From assembly GCA_000433255.1 (NCBI GenBank), contig HF998235.1, positions 13-64,012 on the forward strand: DNA of 64,000 nt, given 5' to 3'. This stretch comes from Coprobacillus sp. CAG:605 (GTDB lineage: Bacteria; Bacillota_I; Bacilli_A; RF39; UBA660). Of the stretch, positions 48,426 to 57,806 are shown in pieces. The notes under the pieces are model-generated. The model ran no database searches. It had not been told where the DNA came from and was given only the letters and a program-made list of their open reading frames with translations. How positions within the stretch are numbered: the first letter of the stretch is position 1; the number at the start of each line of letters is the position of its first letter. A program made the translations under genes and the position numbers.

Positions 48426-49676
48426 ATGCCAAAATTAATTATTGAAGGTCAAAATACCTTAACTGGAACCATAAAGATTAGTGGCGCTAAAAATAGTGTG
48501 GTGGCCCTTATTCCAGCTGCTGTTTTGTGCGAAACTAATTGTACTATCGAAAACGTTCCTAATATTGCTGATACTAAATCACTTATCGATATTATGGAAA
48601 AACTTGGTTGTAAAATAGATTATACTAATGAAACTCTAAACATTGATACATCTTCCTTACAAAATGTTCTAATTCCAGAAGAACTTTCTAAAAAACTTCG
48701 TGCTTCTTACTATTACATGGGTGCATTACTAGGTCGTTATAATCATGTTGAAATTTATTTTCCAGGTGGCTGCAACATCGGTTCTAGACCAATTGACCTT
48801 CATCTAAAAGGCTTCGAAAAATTAGGAGCCGCTATTACAATCGAAGGCAATAAGTACATAATTGACGCTAAAAAACTAACCGGCGCTAAAATATACCTTG
48901 ACTTTGCCTCTGTAGGAGCTACTATTAACATCATGCTAGCGGCTGTCAAAGCTCATGGTATAACTCAAATATTTAATGCTGCTAAAGAGCCGGAAATCGT
49001 TAATATAGCTATGTTTTTAAATAATATGGGAGCTAAAATAACTGGCGCTGGTACTTCATGTATCAAAATTGAGGGAACTTCTACCTTAGATAGTGGCCGC
49101 ATTGAAACTATCCCTGATAGAATTGAAGCTGGAACGTATCTAATTGCTGGTGCTCTAATCGGCCAAAACCTAAAAATTAAAGGTATAATCAAAGAACATT
49201 TAGAAGCCCTTCTATCTAAAATGAAAGAAATGAATATTCCTCTTAATATTTATGAAAATGAAATAATTGTTAGCAAACCAGATATTTACAAGCCTATTAA
49301 TGTCAAAACTCTAGTATATCCAGGCTTTGTTACTGACTTAGGTCAACCAATGCAAACGCTTTTAACTCAAGCCACTGGAACTTCTATTTTCGAAGAAACA
49401 ATCTACGAGAACCGTATGGGACATGTTAAATATCTAAATCTTATGGGCGCAAATATCAAAGTTAATAACCAAACCGCCTTCATAACGGGTCCTTCAAAAT
49501 TAAAAGGAACAACAGTTATTGCCACTGACCTAAGAGCAGGTGCCTCCCTAGTTCTAGCCGCCTTAATAGCATCTGGTACCACAACCATTGAAGAGGCTTC
49601 GCATATTTTAAGAGGCTATGAATCTATCGTAGAAAAATTATCTAATGTTGGTGCTAAAATAACTTTGGTTGAATAA
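48426..49676 (+). CDS. murA: UDP-N-acetylglucosamine 1-carboxyvinyltransferase MurA
   Basis: ISGAKNS, GGCNIGSRPIDLH (active-site Cys) and TDLRAGASLVLAAL. Confidence 0.96.
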   Translation: MPKLIIEGQNTLTGTIKISGAKNSVVALIPAAVLCETNCTIENVPNIADTKSLIDIMEKLGCKIDYTNETLNIDTSSLQNVLIPEELSKKLRASYYYMGALLGRYNHVEIYFPGGCNIGSRPIDLHLKGFEKLGAAITIEGNKYIIDAKKLTGAKIYLDFASVGATINIMLAAVKAHGITQIFNAAKEPEIVNIAMFLNNMGAKITGAGTSCIKIEGTSTLDSGRIETIPDRIEAGTYLIAGALIGQNLKIKGIIKEHLEALLSKMKEMNIPLNIYENEIIVSKPDIYKPINVKTLVYPGFVTDLGQPMQTLLTQATGTSIFEETIYENRMGHVKYLNLMGANIKVNNQTAFITGPSKLKGTTVIATDLRAGASLVLAALIASGTTTIEEASHILRGYESIVEKLSNVGAKITLVE

Positions 49677-49677
49677 G

Positions 49678-49703
49678 ATAGTAGTAGTTACTACTATTTT
49701 TTT
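49678..49703 (+). terminator. Terminator after murA
   Basis: atagtag-tagtta-ctactat followed by T7. Confidence 0.75.
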
Positions 49704-49715
49704 GAGAGGTAAATT

Positions 49716-50309
49716 ATGAAAATAAAATTACTATTTCTAACCATAGCCTCATTATTGTTAACTTATTTAATATTTACAACTAATATTGATAATCGTTTAG
49801 ACATTGTATCTCTATATGATACTACAACTACAACTAGACCTAACTTCAACGATTATCTTCTTAAATACTTAGATAATAATGTATCATATTCGATGAACCA
49901 AAAATATTCCAATAAAAATCTCGAAATTGAAAATGTCATATCTAATATAAATTCTAATAAAAATAAAATTCAAGAAAAAATCCATGATGCAGAGATCATA
50001 ATTATTTATTTCGGCGACTTTGAGCTTTTAAACGAAGATGTAACGTCAACTGAACTTCTAGAAGAAACAGAAAATCTCTTTAAAATAATTCGTAAAATTA
50101 ATTCTAAACAAATAATCTTTTTATCTCCTGTAAATATTAAATCTTCTTATATGTATAAATCTTTATGTCAAAAATACAAAATATCATATATTAATACTAC
50201 TTCCTACTTAGAAAAAACAGATATTAGTAACAATATTATCAATGAAACCGGTCATCAAAAACTAGGTAAAATATTATATTCTACTATTTCAAATGCCTGG
50301 AATTTGTAA
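49716..50309 (+). CDS. Membrane-anchored hypothetical protein, possibly a degenerate SGNH/GDSL-like fold
   Basis: N-terminal TM segment. Weak block resemblance (IIIIYFGDFEL, IIFLSPVN, NETGHQKLG) and no clear GDS Ser block. Confidence 0.25.
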   Translation: MKIKLLFLTIASLLLTYLIFTTNIDNRLDIVSLYDTTTTTRPNFNDYLLKYLDNNVSYSMNQKYSNKNLEIENVISNINSNKNKIQEKIHDAEIIIIYFGDFELLNEDVTSTELLEETENLFKIIRKINSKQIIFLSPVNIKSSYMYKSLCQKYKISYINTTSYLEKTDISNNIINETGHQKLGKILYSTISNAWNL

Positions 50310-50348
50310 ATTGCTGCCACTCTTTGTAAAAAAAATCACTCAAATTTA

Positions 50349-50376
50349 TTGAAATTGCTAAAAACTATGATATAAT
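50349..50376 (+). promoter_or_regulatory. Sigma-A-type promoter for rpmE
   Basis: TTGAAA, a 16-nt spacer, then TGATATAAT (extended -10). Confidence 0.55.
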
Positions 50377-50433
50377 ACATAAGACGAAACAAAATCTATG
50401 TTATGGATATAACATGGCGGAAGGAGAGATATA

Positions 50434-50652
50434 ATGAAAAAGGGTATACATCCAGAAATGCATGAAGTTGAAGTACGTTGTGCATGTGGTAACACTTTTA
50501 CAGTAAAATCTACAAAAGAGTCAATTCAATGTGATGTTTGTAGCGCTTGCCATCCATTCTACACTGGTTCTCAAGCTAGAGCTAAGAAGACTGGTTCAGT
50601 TGAAAAATTCAACCGTAAATATGGCTTTACTGACGAAAATAAGACTGCCTAA
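50434..50652 (+). CDS. rpmE: 50S ribosomal protein L31 (zinc-ribbon type A)
   Basis: MKKGIHPE ... CACGN ... CSACHPFYTG. Confidence 0.95.
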   Translation: MKKGIHPEMHEVEVRCACGNTFTVKSTKESIQCDVCSACHPFYTGSQARAKKTGSVEKFNRKYGFTDENKTA

Positions 50653-50667
50653 TTGCAGTTTTTTTTC
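50644..50667 (+). terminator. Terminator after rpmE
   Basis: actgc-ctaatt-gcagt followed by T8. It overlaps the stop codon. Confidence 0.75.
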
Positions 50668-50769
50668 ATATATTTTTTAGCAAAAATATACCATCAAACG
50701 TCAACGTGGGTGAAATTTTATTTCCTTTTTACCCCATTTATATTATAATTTTTATTATGGGAGGCTATA

Positions 50770-51690
50770 ATGCAACAAGAAAACCTAATCAAAGTCCTTA
50801 AGTATATCAATGCTAAAACTGATATTGCCATATCAAAACTTTTCTTTGAATACTTAAAAGACCACAATAAATATAAAATAAGTCCCAGTGATTATAAAAT
50901 ATACGAATTCTATAAACTAACTAAGAACGAAAAAGAAAATATAATAACTAAAGGACAAAGTAAACAAGCAATTAAAAGATTAAATAAAATAACTAATCTT
51001 AATGAATATAAATTAAAAAATCAATTCTATAAAAGATATAACTCTTACTTAAATCGCCATTGGTTAGAGCTAACCGGCTCTAATATCACCGAATTTTATG
51101 ACTTTGCTAATAAGTACACCCACCTTTTAAGTACCACAAATGATATTACCATTAGCAAAAATACCATAACCCCTGATTTAAAAAATTATACTAAATTATA
51201 TAATGAACTAGTTTTAAATGGTAAGTCAATTATCGAAGAACCCCTAACAGAAATGGCCCCCTTATCTTCCTTAAATCCTAATGCCTTTAACATTATAAGA
51301 ATGATTACTTTAAATAATGAAATAATTTATTCCTATCTAATAACAATGTACAATGACTCTTCACTATTTGCTCCCATAAATATTGAAACGGGAATAATTG
51401 ATTATGATGCCTGCGATTTATTAAAGAACACTTATGATTTTCACCCAATAACTAGCCAACAAATAAACTGGCTAACCATTCCAAAATGGCCCAGAACCAA
51501 GAGATTTACTCTTAAAGTAGCCTTAGAAAACCCCAATTTAAAATATCAAGAAATTGATCTAATCATGTCTACAAACGGACCTGCTTTAATTAAAATAAAC
51601 CCTAGTCCAAACTATCAAAACATAGAACTAATGAATTTAATATATAAAAAAGATAGTTTAAAAAAACTATTAAAAGAAGAAGGAGAATAA
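50770..51690 (+). CDS. Hypothetical protein, possibly a sugar-transfer-associated ATP-grasp fold (degenerate)
   Basis: The pattern YEFYKLTKNEKENII ... LNPNAFNIIRMITL ... HPITSQQI ... IPKWP ... GPALIKIN resembles ATPgrasp_ST-type proteins from memory. Not verified. Confidence 0.3.
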   Translation: MQQENLIKVLKYINAKTDIAISKLFFEYLKDHNKYKISPSDYKIYEFYKLTKNEKENIITKGQSKQAIKRLNKITNLNEYKLKNQFYKRYNSYLNRHWLELTGSNITEFYDFANKYTHLLSTTNDITISKNTITPDLKNYTKLYNELVLNGKSIIEEPLTEMAPLSSLNPNAFNIIRMITLNNEIIYSYLITMYNDSSLFAPINIETGIIDYDACDLLKNTYDFHPITSQQINWLTIPKWPRTKRFTLKVALENPNLKYQEIDLIMSTNGPALIKINPSPNYQNIELMNLIYKKDSLKKLLKEEGE

Positions 51691-51693
51691 AAT

Positions 51694-52143
51694 ATGAGTA
51701 TATATATAGCCTCTGATCATAGAGGAATATCTTTAAAAAATTATTTAATAACAAAATTAGAAAAAAACAACAATGTTATCAAAAGTGATTTAGTAAACTA
51801 TGATACTGACGATTATCCTGATTTTGCTTTTGATGTTTGTAACCATATGTCTAAAGAAGAAGATATTGCCATCCTAATATGTGGTAATGGAATTGGCATT
51901 TCTATTGCGGCGAACAAGGTTAAAGGAATTCGCTGTGCTCGTGTCGTATCTAATGACGATAGCTACGCGGCTAAAACCCATAATCACGCTAACGCTATTT
52001 CCCTAGCAGCTGATTTAGAACCAACCAAAGCATTAGAAATTGTTAATACTTTCCTTCATGCAACTCCATCTATAGAAGATCGTCATGTAAGAAGAGTAAA
52101 TAAAATCATATCCTATGAAAACGGAGAATATAATGAAGTATAA
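51694..52143 (+). CDS. rpiB: Ribose-5-phosphate isomerase B
   Basis: IASDHRG and ICGNGIGISIAANKVKGIRCA motifs. Confidence 0.92.
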   Translation: MSIYIASDHRGISLKNYLITKLEKNNNVIKSDLVNYDTDDYPDFAFDVCNHMSKEEDIAILICGNGIGISIAANKVKGIRCARVVSNDDSYAAKTHNHANAISLAADLEPTKALEIVNTFLHATPSIEDRHVRRVNKIISYENGEYNEV

Positions 52144-52315
52144 GTCACTAATTTATGCTTTAACCTTCTTTTTAAGTATATTTGCCTTAAGTGGGGTTAA
52201 CTTTGATAAATTTATGAAACGTAATAAACCATTAGAAGCCAGGGTAATTGTCTTTATTCTTGCTTTTGCTGCTAGTTACTTAGTTACCAATTTTATAGTT
52301 GACTTTATATCTTAA
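52133..52315 (+). CDS. DUF1146 / YwzB-like small membrane protein
   Basis: VNFDKFMKRNKPLEARVIVFILAFAASYLVTNFIVDF parallels B. subtilis YwzB. ATG 52133 follows a GGAG RBS. Confidence 0.55.
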   Translation: MKYKSLIYALTFFLSIFALSGVNFDKFMKRNKPLEARVIVFILAFAASYLVTNFIVDFIS

Positions 52316-52324
52316 AGGAGCAAT

Positions 52325-53227
52325 ATGAAAAATAAAATCTATTTTAGTATCATAATATTACTTATTCCTCTAACCATAATTTCTTTTAATAGAGAAAAAC
52401 AATTGGCTGAAAACGCGGACAATCTTCAAGATAAAAAAACTATTATAGTTTTAAAAAATAACAATGAAATAACAAATATTCCCCTTGAGGAATATGTAAC
52501 AGGTGTAGTTGGAGCAGAAGTTCCAGCTTTATTTTTGGAAGAAACCCTAAAAGCCCAAGCCATTGCTTCTCGTACCTTTGCTTTATATCAACAAAATCAT
52601 ATCGGCTATCTTACTTTAAGCGATCAAGCCTATAACTCTAATACTGAACTAAAAGCTAAATGGCAAGATAAATACGATGAATATTATTCTAAAATATCCA
52701 AAGCTGTATTAGACACTAAAGACTTAGTTTTAACTTATAATAACGAACTAATTAAATCTTACTATTATTCTATGAGTAATGGCTATACCGAAAGTTCTTT
52801 AACTGTTTTTAACGAAGACTTACCATATCTAGAAATTATTCCTTCAATCTACGATAACGAAACTCTAAATAACTTTTCCACAACCATCACATTACCTAAA
52901 GAAGAATTTTGTTCCAAGTTAAGTATATCTTGTTCTAACGTTACTATTTCTAATATTCAAAAAGATAAATCTAACCGTATTGAAAGTATTGAAATAAATA
53001 ACCAAAAATTTCTTGGTACTACAATAAGAACTTTATTAACCCTTAAATCAACTGACTTTACCATTAATCTTCAAAACAACAAAGTAACTATCACCACTAA
53101 AGGTTATGGTCATGGCGTAGGTATGAGCCAATATGGCGCTAATGGAATGGCTGCATCCGGTAAAAACTACACTGAAATACTTAATTACTACTACAAAAAT
53201 ATAAAAATTCAAAAATATATAGTATAA
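52325..53227 (+). CDS. spoIID: Stage II sporulation protein D (lytic transglycosylase)
   Basis: EEYVTGVVGAEVP ... EETLKAQAIASRTFAL ... GYGHGVGMSQYGANGMA. Confidence 0.92.
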   Translation: MKNKIYFSIIILLIPLTIISFNREKQLAENADNLQDKKTIIVLKNNNEITNIPLEEYVTGVVGAEVPALFLEETLKAQAIASRTFALYQQNHIGYLTLSDQAYNSNTELKAKWQDKYDEYYSKISKAVLDTKDLVLTYNNELIKSYYYSMSNGYTESSLTVFNEDLPYLEIIPSIYDNETLNNFSTTITLPKEEFCSKLSISCSNVTISNIQKDKSNRIESIEINNQKFLGTTIRTLLTLKSTDFTINLQNNKVTITTKGYGHGVGMSQYGANGMAASGKNYTEILNYYYKNIKIQKYIV

Positions 53228-53270
53228 CTTTTCTAAATTTGGTCAAACTTCCTAATAGGAAGGTGAATAT

Positions 53271-53915
53271 ATGAAAAAAAGAAAGTTAAGAGGCTATGTA
53301 ATCCCCACAATATGTTTTATGTTAATCACAACAATTTTATTTAGTAGTTATAAAATGTATCAAATTTTAATGATTAGTAGAAATAATACTATCAAAGAAA
53401 CTATTGAACCCGTGGTTAAAGAAGAAGAGGAAAATGTAACGCCAACTATTAACGAAACGAAAAGCATTATCCGTCCATATAACCAAAATACGGTTGTCGC
53501 CCAAATTCCATTCTATGATGCTGATGCTACTGACGATGAGCAAAAAGCAGCATTAATTTATTATGAAGGAATTTATATGCAAAACACAGGTGTGTTATAT
53601 ACCGATAACCAAAGTTTTGATGTTCTAGCTGTTTTAGATGGTACTGTAAAAGACATTAAAGAAGACGAAATCATGGGTAATATTATTGAAATTGAACACT
53701 CAAAAAATTTGACTACTATTTATCAAAGTGTTGATGACGTTAAAGTAACTGTTGGTGCCAGTGTCTCTCAAGGTACAGTAATTGCCAAAAGTGGCGCTAA
53801 TAAACTAAATACGGATAGTACTAATGCTCTTCATTTTGAAGTTTATTACAAAGGCCAACTAATTAACCCTGAAGAATTCTATTTATATAATTATAATGAT
53901 ATCATGGAAAAATGA
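53271..53915 (+). CDS. Membrane-anchored LytM/M23-domain protein with degenerate active site, SpoIIQ-like
   Basis: N-terminal TM segment. M23 core (IIEIEHSKNLTTIYQS ... GTVIAKSG ... ALHFEVYYKG) with the HxH motif reduced to LHF. Adjacent to spoIID. Confidence 0.55.
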   Translation: MKKRKLRGYVIPTICFMLITTILFSSYKMYQILMISRNNTIKETIEPVVKEEEENVTPTINETKSIIRPYNQNTVVAQIPFYDADATDDEQKAALIYYEGIYMQNTGVLYTDNQSFDVLAVLDGTVKDIKEDEIMGNIIEIEHSKNLTTIYQSVDDVKVTVGASVSQGTVIAKSGANKLNTDSTNALHFEVYYKGQLINPEEFYLYNYNDIMEK

Positions 53916-54424
53916 AACAACTAAATATCTATTTAAATGATAATGACTTAGTAATATTAGATAAACTTACTAATTACCCTCTAAAATCTATTCAAAATAG
54001 TATGATTATTTCTAAAGAACAATTCTTAGATGAAATAAAAAAGATAAATAAAAAATATAAAATATTTTCCAACTATATTCCTTATAAATTAAATATTTAT
54101 CTAAACAAAAAAGTGTTAGAAGAAGACATTTTATACTATACTTCCATATTTGAAGAATTCTTATTTACTAAGATAAATGTTATATCTATTCTTGATGTTT
54201 TAGAGTCTAAAAATTACTTAATATCTAACCAAAATTCTAATTATTTAATATATAATAATAAGATATATTCTATTGATTTTACACTATCTAAAATTTTAAT
54301 AGATTCTCTAGATTTACAAGTGATTATAATGGGTAATAATCTAAGTATTTCATTATCCAATTCCTATATAGTTGTTAATTACTATAGTTATCTAAAAGAT
54401 ATCATTCTTTCTATTAAAGCTTAA
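53912..54424 (+). CDS. Hypothetical protein
   Basis: 170-aa ORF with an ATGA overlap to the upstream gene. Very N/I/K/L-rich with no motif recognised. Confidence 0.35.
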   Translation: MKQLNIYLNDNDLVILDKLTNYPLKSIQNSMIISKEQFLDEIKKINKKYKIFSNYIPYKLNIYLNKKVLEEDILYYTSIFEEFLFTKINVISILDVLESKNYLISNQNSNYLIYNNKIYSIDFTLSKILIDSLDLQVIIMGNNLSISLSNSYIVVNYYSYLKDIILSIKA

Positions 54425-54562
54425 ACTTATTATTTAAGCTTTTATTAAATTATAATGTAAAATCTGAGTAATAAATGATATCAAAATTATTGCATTATTA
54501 ATTTAAATGGGGTAGAATTGTATGTAGAGGCTAATTTTAAATAATATATCAAACTTAAAAAA

Positions 54563-55276
54563 ATGGATTATATAATTGTAGATTCTGATATCGAAGCTAT
54601 TGCATCAATAAAAAGTATTATAAACAAGGCGATTTTCAAGTATAACTTTGCTTATGAAATTAAAACCTTTACTGAATATTGCCAAGGATTACAAGAAGAG
54701 ATTGACGATTTGTCCAAAATTAAAATCTTCATTCTTGCAATTGATTTACGTACTGATATTGACGGTATTCAAATTGCTCAACAAATTAGAGCTAAAGATT
54801 TAGACAATTATATCATTTTTGTAACTAATCATGTAGCAATGTTTGAAACTGTTCATCGCTCTATTCATAATATTTATGATTTCATCGAAAAATTTAACAA
54901 TATGAGCAGTAGATTAACTAAAGATTTACAAGTATTAACTAAGTACAATCAAGATAATAAACTATTTAAATATAAAAGTCGCAATACTGACATTAAAATA
55001 TTATTAAAATCAATAAATTATATCTATCGTGATACCTACGGCCGCCATGTCATAATTGTAACTGATAAAAATAATTTTGTTGTTCCCATAACTCTTTGTG
55101 CAATAAAAAGCAAATTAGATGATAGATTTATTCAAGTTCATCGTTCTTGCATTGTAAATCGCTCTAATATTTCCGTTATCGATTGGAGTAAAGGTTACTT
55201 TACTTTAAACAATGGTCAAACCATAGATAGGGTATCTAAAAAATATCGCCCTAATAGTTCTAAGGTTTCTAACTAA
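54563..55276 (+). CDS. LytTR-family response-regulator-like DNA-binding protein (orphan)
   Basis: Receiver-like N-terminus (IIVDSD ... ILAIDL ... IIFVTNH). C-terminal LytTR domain (IQVHRSCIVNRSNI ... VSKKY). No kinase is adjacent. Confidence 0.7.
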   Translation: MDYIIVDSDIEAIASIKSIINKAIFKYNFAYEIKTFTEYCQGLQEEIDDLSKIKIFILAIDLRTDIDGIQIAQQIRAKDLDNYIIFVTNHVAMFETVHRSIHNIYDFIEKFNNMSSRLTKDLQVLTKYNQDNKLFKYKSRNTDIKILLKSINYIYRDTYGRHVIIVTDKNNFVVPITLCAIKSKLDDRFIQVHRSCIVNRSNISVIDWSKGYFTLNNGQTIDRVSKKYRPNSSKVSN

Positions 55277-55528
55277 CTTTACTATTTTTGATATTTTAAA
55301 GGTAAGATGACTTAAGAAAGTTGTCTTTTTTTAATTATCACAAAACTTGTCTAAAAAGTCCGTTTTTTTGCTCAAAATGTATCTTTTTTAAATTATTATT
55401 ATAAAAAAATATAATTTTAATAAGAAAAATGATACTTTAAGACAAGAAATGAAAAAAATGCCATATTTTATGATATTCTTAATTTGCAAGTGAGGGATAC
55501 TTGCTAGAAAAAAGGAAGGAGAATTAGT

Positions 55529-55744
55529 GTGAGAAGTAGAGTTAAATGGTTTAATAATGAGAAAGGGTATGGGTTCATCGAATATAATACAAACGAAGAT
55601 ATCTTTGTTCATTATTCAGCTATCTTGAAAAGAGGTTTTAAAACATTGAAAGAAAATCAATTAGTTGATTTTACATTAATAGAAACAGATAAAGGCCTAC
55701 AAGCTCAAGATGTAAAAGAAGTTGAAGTGACTGCGGTTAGCTAG
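55529..55744 (+). CDS. Cold-shock protein (CspA family)
   Basis: VKWFNNEKGYGFI (RNP1) and DIFVHYS (RNP2). GTG start after a GGAAGGAG RBS. Confidence 0.9.
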   Translation: MRSRVKWFNNEKGYGFIEYNTNEDIFVHYSAILKRGFKTLKENQLVDFTLIETDKGLQAQDVKEVEVTAVS

Positions 55745-55801
55745 TCATTTTCATTTGCAAGAAAATATATTATTTGCTACAATATAATTGGGAGGGATAA
55801 T

Positions 55802-56332
55802 ATGAAATTAAATATCCGCGGTGATAAATTGGAAATCACCAAATCAATCAAAAAATATGTTGAGGAGAAATTAGCTAGACTTGATCGTTACTTTGAAAAT
55901 CCCAATAATATTGAAGCATTAGTATTCATCAAAGTAAAGGGACCTAATCAAACTGTTGAAGTAACTATCCCAACTAAGGGAATTACTTTAAGAAGAGAAG
56001 AGACAACTGAAGATTTATATTCTTCGATTGACTTAGTTTTAGACAAATTAGAACGCCAAATTAGAAAGAACAAAACTAAATTAGAAAAGAAATCTAAATT
56101 AGCACCAAACTTTGAAATGCTATTAGATTTTGAACCAGTAAATGAGCCAGACGAATCTTCCATTGTAAAAAGAAAAGTAGTTGATTCCAAACCAATGAGT
56201 GAAGAAGAAGCTATCTTACAATTAGAACTATTAAATCATGACTTCTTTGTTTTTAAAAACATAAATGAAGAATGTACATCAGTTCTATATCGTCGTAAGG
56301 CGGGAAATTACGGTATAATTAATATTAAATAA
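55802..56332 (+). CDS. hpf: Ribosome hibernation promoting factor, long form (HPF/YvyD)
   Basis: MKLNIRGDKLEITKSIKKYVEEKLARLDRYF and the C-terminal dimerisation domain (HDFFVFKN ... VLYRRKAGNYGII). Confidence 0.92.
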   Translation: MKLNIRGDKLEITKSIKKYVEEKLARLDRYFENPNNIEALVFIKVKGPNQTVEVTIPTKGITLRREETTEDLYSSIDLVLDKLERQIRKNKTKLEKKSKLAPNFEMLLDFEPVNEPDESSIVKRKVVDSKPMSEEEAILQLELLNHDFFVFKNINEECTSVLYRRKAGNYGIINIK

Positions 56333-56343
56333 ATTAAAATAAG

Positions 56344-56365
56344 CACTCATTATTTGAGTGTTTTT
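56344..56365 (+). terminator. Terminator after hpf
   Basis: cactca-ttatt-tgagtg followed by T5. Confidence 0.7.
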
Positions 56366-56376
56366 CTAAGAGTAAC

Positions 56377-56739
56377 ATGAATTACGAATTAATTTTACAT
56401 AAATTACAACTATCTAAATTTCGTTCTAGTTTTCATCTAAATAAGAACATGCAAGACTACGTCAAAACTAAAGGCCTACCTAAAATAACTAACGATGCCT
56501 ATGAGTTAATAACCAAACGTCTAGCCCCTAAAGTTATTCTAAATGACGGCCGTCAAACTCCCATGAAATCTAATTCCCATCCGGTTTTTATCGCACAACA
56601 CGCCTGTGCATGCTGTTGTCGTAGTTGCTTATATAAATGGCACCATATTCCTATGAACAAAGAACTATCTAAAGAAGAAATTGACTATATAGTAGGTCTA
56701 TTAATAGCCTGGATAAAAAAAGAAACTAAAATCTCTTAA
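56377..56739 (+). CDS. DUF4186-like protein
   Basis: HPVFIAQHACACCCRSCLYKWHHIP matches my memory of the DUF4186 core. Confidence 0.5.
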   Translation: MNYELILHKLQLSKFRSSFHLNKNMQDYVKTKGLPKITNDAYELITKRLAPKVILNDGRQTPMKSNSHPVFIAQHACACCCRSCLYKWHHIPMNKELSKEEIDYIVGLLIAWIKKETKIS

Positions 56740-57133
56740 TCAAAGTTTTTTTAGCTTCTTTTCTTTTTCTAATAACATCGTTAACAACGTCTAATGCTTC
56801 TAAACTAATTTTACCTTTACTAGTTTTTAAAGAGTCACGCATATCAGTTAACAATTTTAAATCATAATAATCTAAATAAGATGTATCTTCCATTAAACTT
56901 ATATCTCTTTTTAACTTATGAACATTTATCTTAATTAAAAGCGATAAGACTTGGTTTAATCTAGCCGCCTCAACATACCTGTTAAAAACTAAACTATCTA
57001 TTCTCAATCTTAAGATATCACTATAATTCATATTCTTTAAACCTAAATACAAATCTTCAATCTTATAGCGATTACTCGCAATACAATCTAAAATCTCTTT
57101 ACTACTCATTTCCTTATTATTAAAAATATACAT
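56726..57133 (-). CDS. Hypothetical protein
   Basis: 135-aa ORF, predicted helical. Its 3' end overlaps the convergent DUF4186 gene by 14 nt. Confidence 0.35.
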   Translation of the reverse strand: MYIFNNKEMSSKEILDCIASNRYKIEDLYLGLKNMNYSDILRLRIDSLVFNRYVEAARLNQVLSLLIKINVHKLKRDISLMEDTSYLDYYDLKLLTDMRDSLKTSKGKISLEALDVVNDVIRKRKEAKKTLIKRF

Positions 57134-57267
57134 CTAATCATCCTTTCATTAAGTTTGGTTATTATATTATATATTCTACTCAAAGTCAAATACTTCGACA
57201 AATATTCCAATTTTCATTAGAAATTTTTCTAAATATGCATTATAATAAAAAGTAGTAGGTGATAAAT

Positions 57268-57741
57268 ATGTTTAAAGTTAATGATTATGTTATTTATAAA
57301 CGCGATGTTTGTATTATACTCGAAGAAAAAATAATTTCCAACTACGAGTATTTTGTCTTGCAATCAACTATTGACGATTCTTTAAAAATCAATATTCCTA
57401 AAAATATGAGTTCTAAACTTCTAAGACATTTAAATACTAAAAAAGATATTGAAAAATTAATAAGTAAAATTAAAACTATTCCTCTTTTAGATGTTAATTC
57501 TAAAAATATTGAAGAAGATTATAAAAGATGTCTTCGTGACGAAACCCTAGAAAGTCTTATTGCTATTATTAAAACTAGTTATTTTCGTAACCAAAGCCGT
57601 CTTGCCCATAACAAAAAAATGACTGATAAAGACAAATATTATTATGAATTAGCTGAAAAATTTTTATATAACGAAATAGCATATATCTATAATACTACTT
57701 ATGAAGATGCTAAAAAGTATGTTTTAGACAAATTAAATTAG
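57268..57741 (+). CDS. CarD/CdnL-family RNA-polymerase-binding regulator-like protein
   Basis: MFKVNDYVIYKRDVCIILEEK ... YFVLQS resembles the CarD_CdnL_TRCF Tudor-like N-domain. AGGTGA RBS. Confidence 0.5.
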   Translation: MFKVNDYVIYKRDVCIILEEKIISNYEYFVLQSTIDDSLKINIPKNMSSKLLRHLNTKKDIEKLISKIKTIPLLDVNSKNIEEDYKRCLRDETLESLIAIIKTSYFRNQSRLAHNKKMTDKDKYYYELAEKFLYNEIAYIYNTTYEDAKKYVLDKLN

Positions 57742-57743
57742 CT

Positions 57744-57775
57744 TGTGGATAAAATTAAAGTTATCCACATTTTTT
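57744..57775 (+). terminator. Inverted DnaA-box pair (TGTGGATAA-aattaaag-TTATCCACA), copy 2, followed by T6
   Basis: A perfect 9-bp stem made of two consensus DnaA boxes. The T-run makes it a plausible terminator for the carD-like gene. Confidence 0.6.
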
Positions 57776-57806
57776 AATATTTAACTTCCCTGGTTCATAT
57801 GATTAA

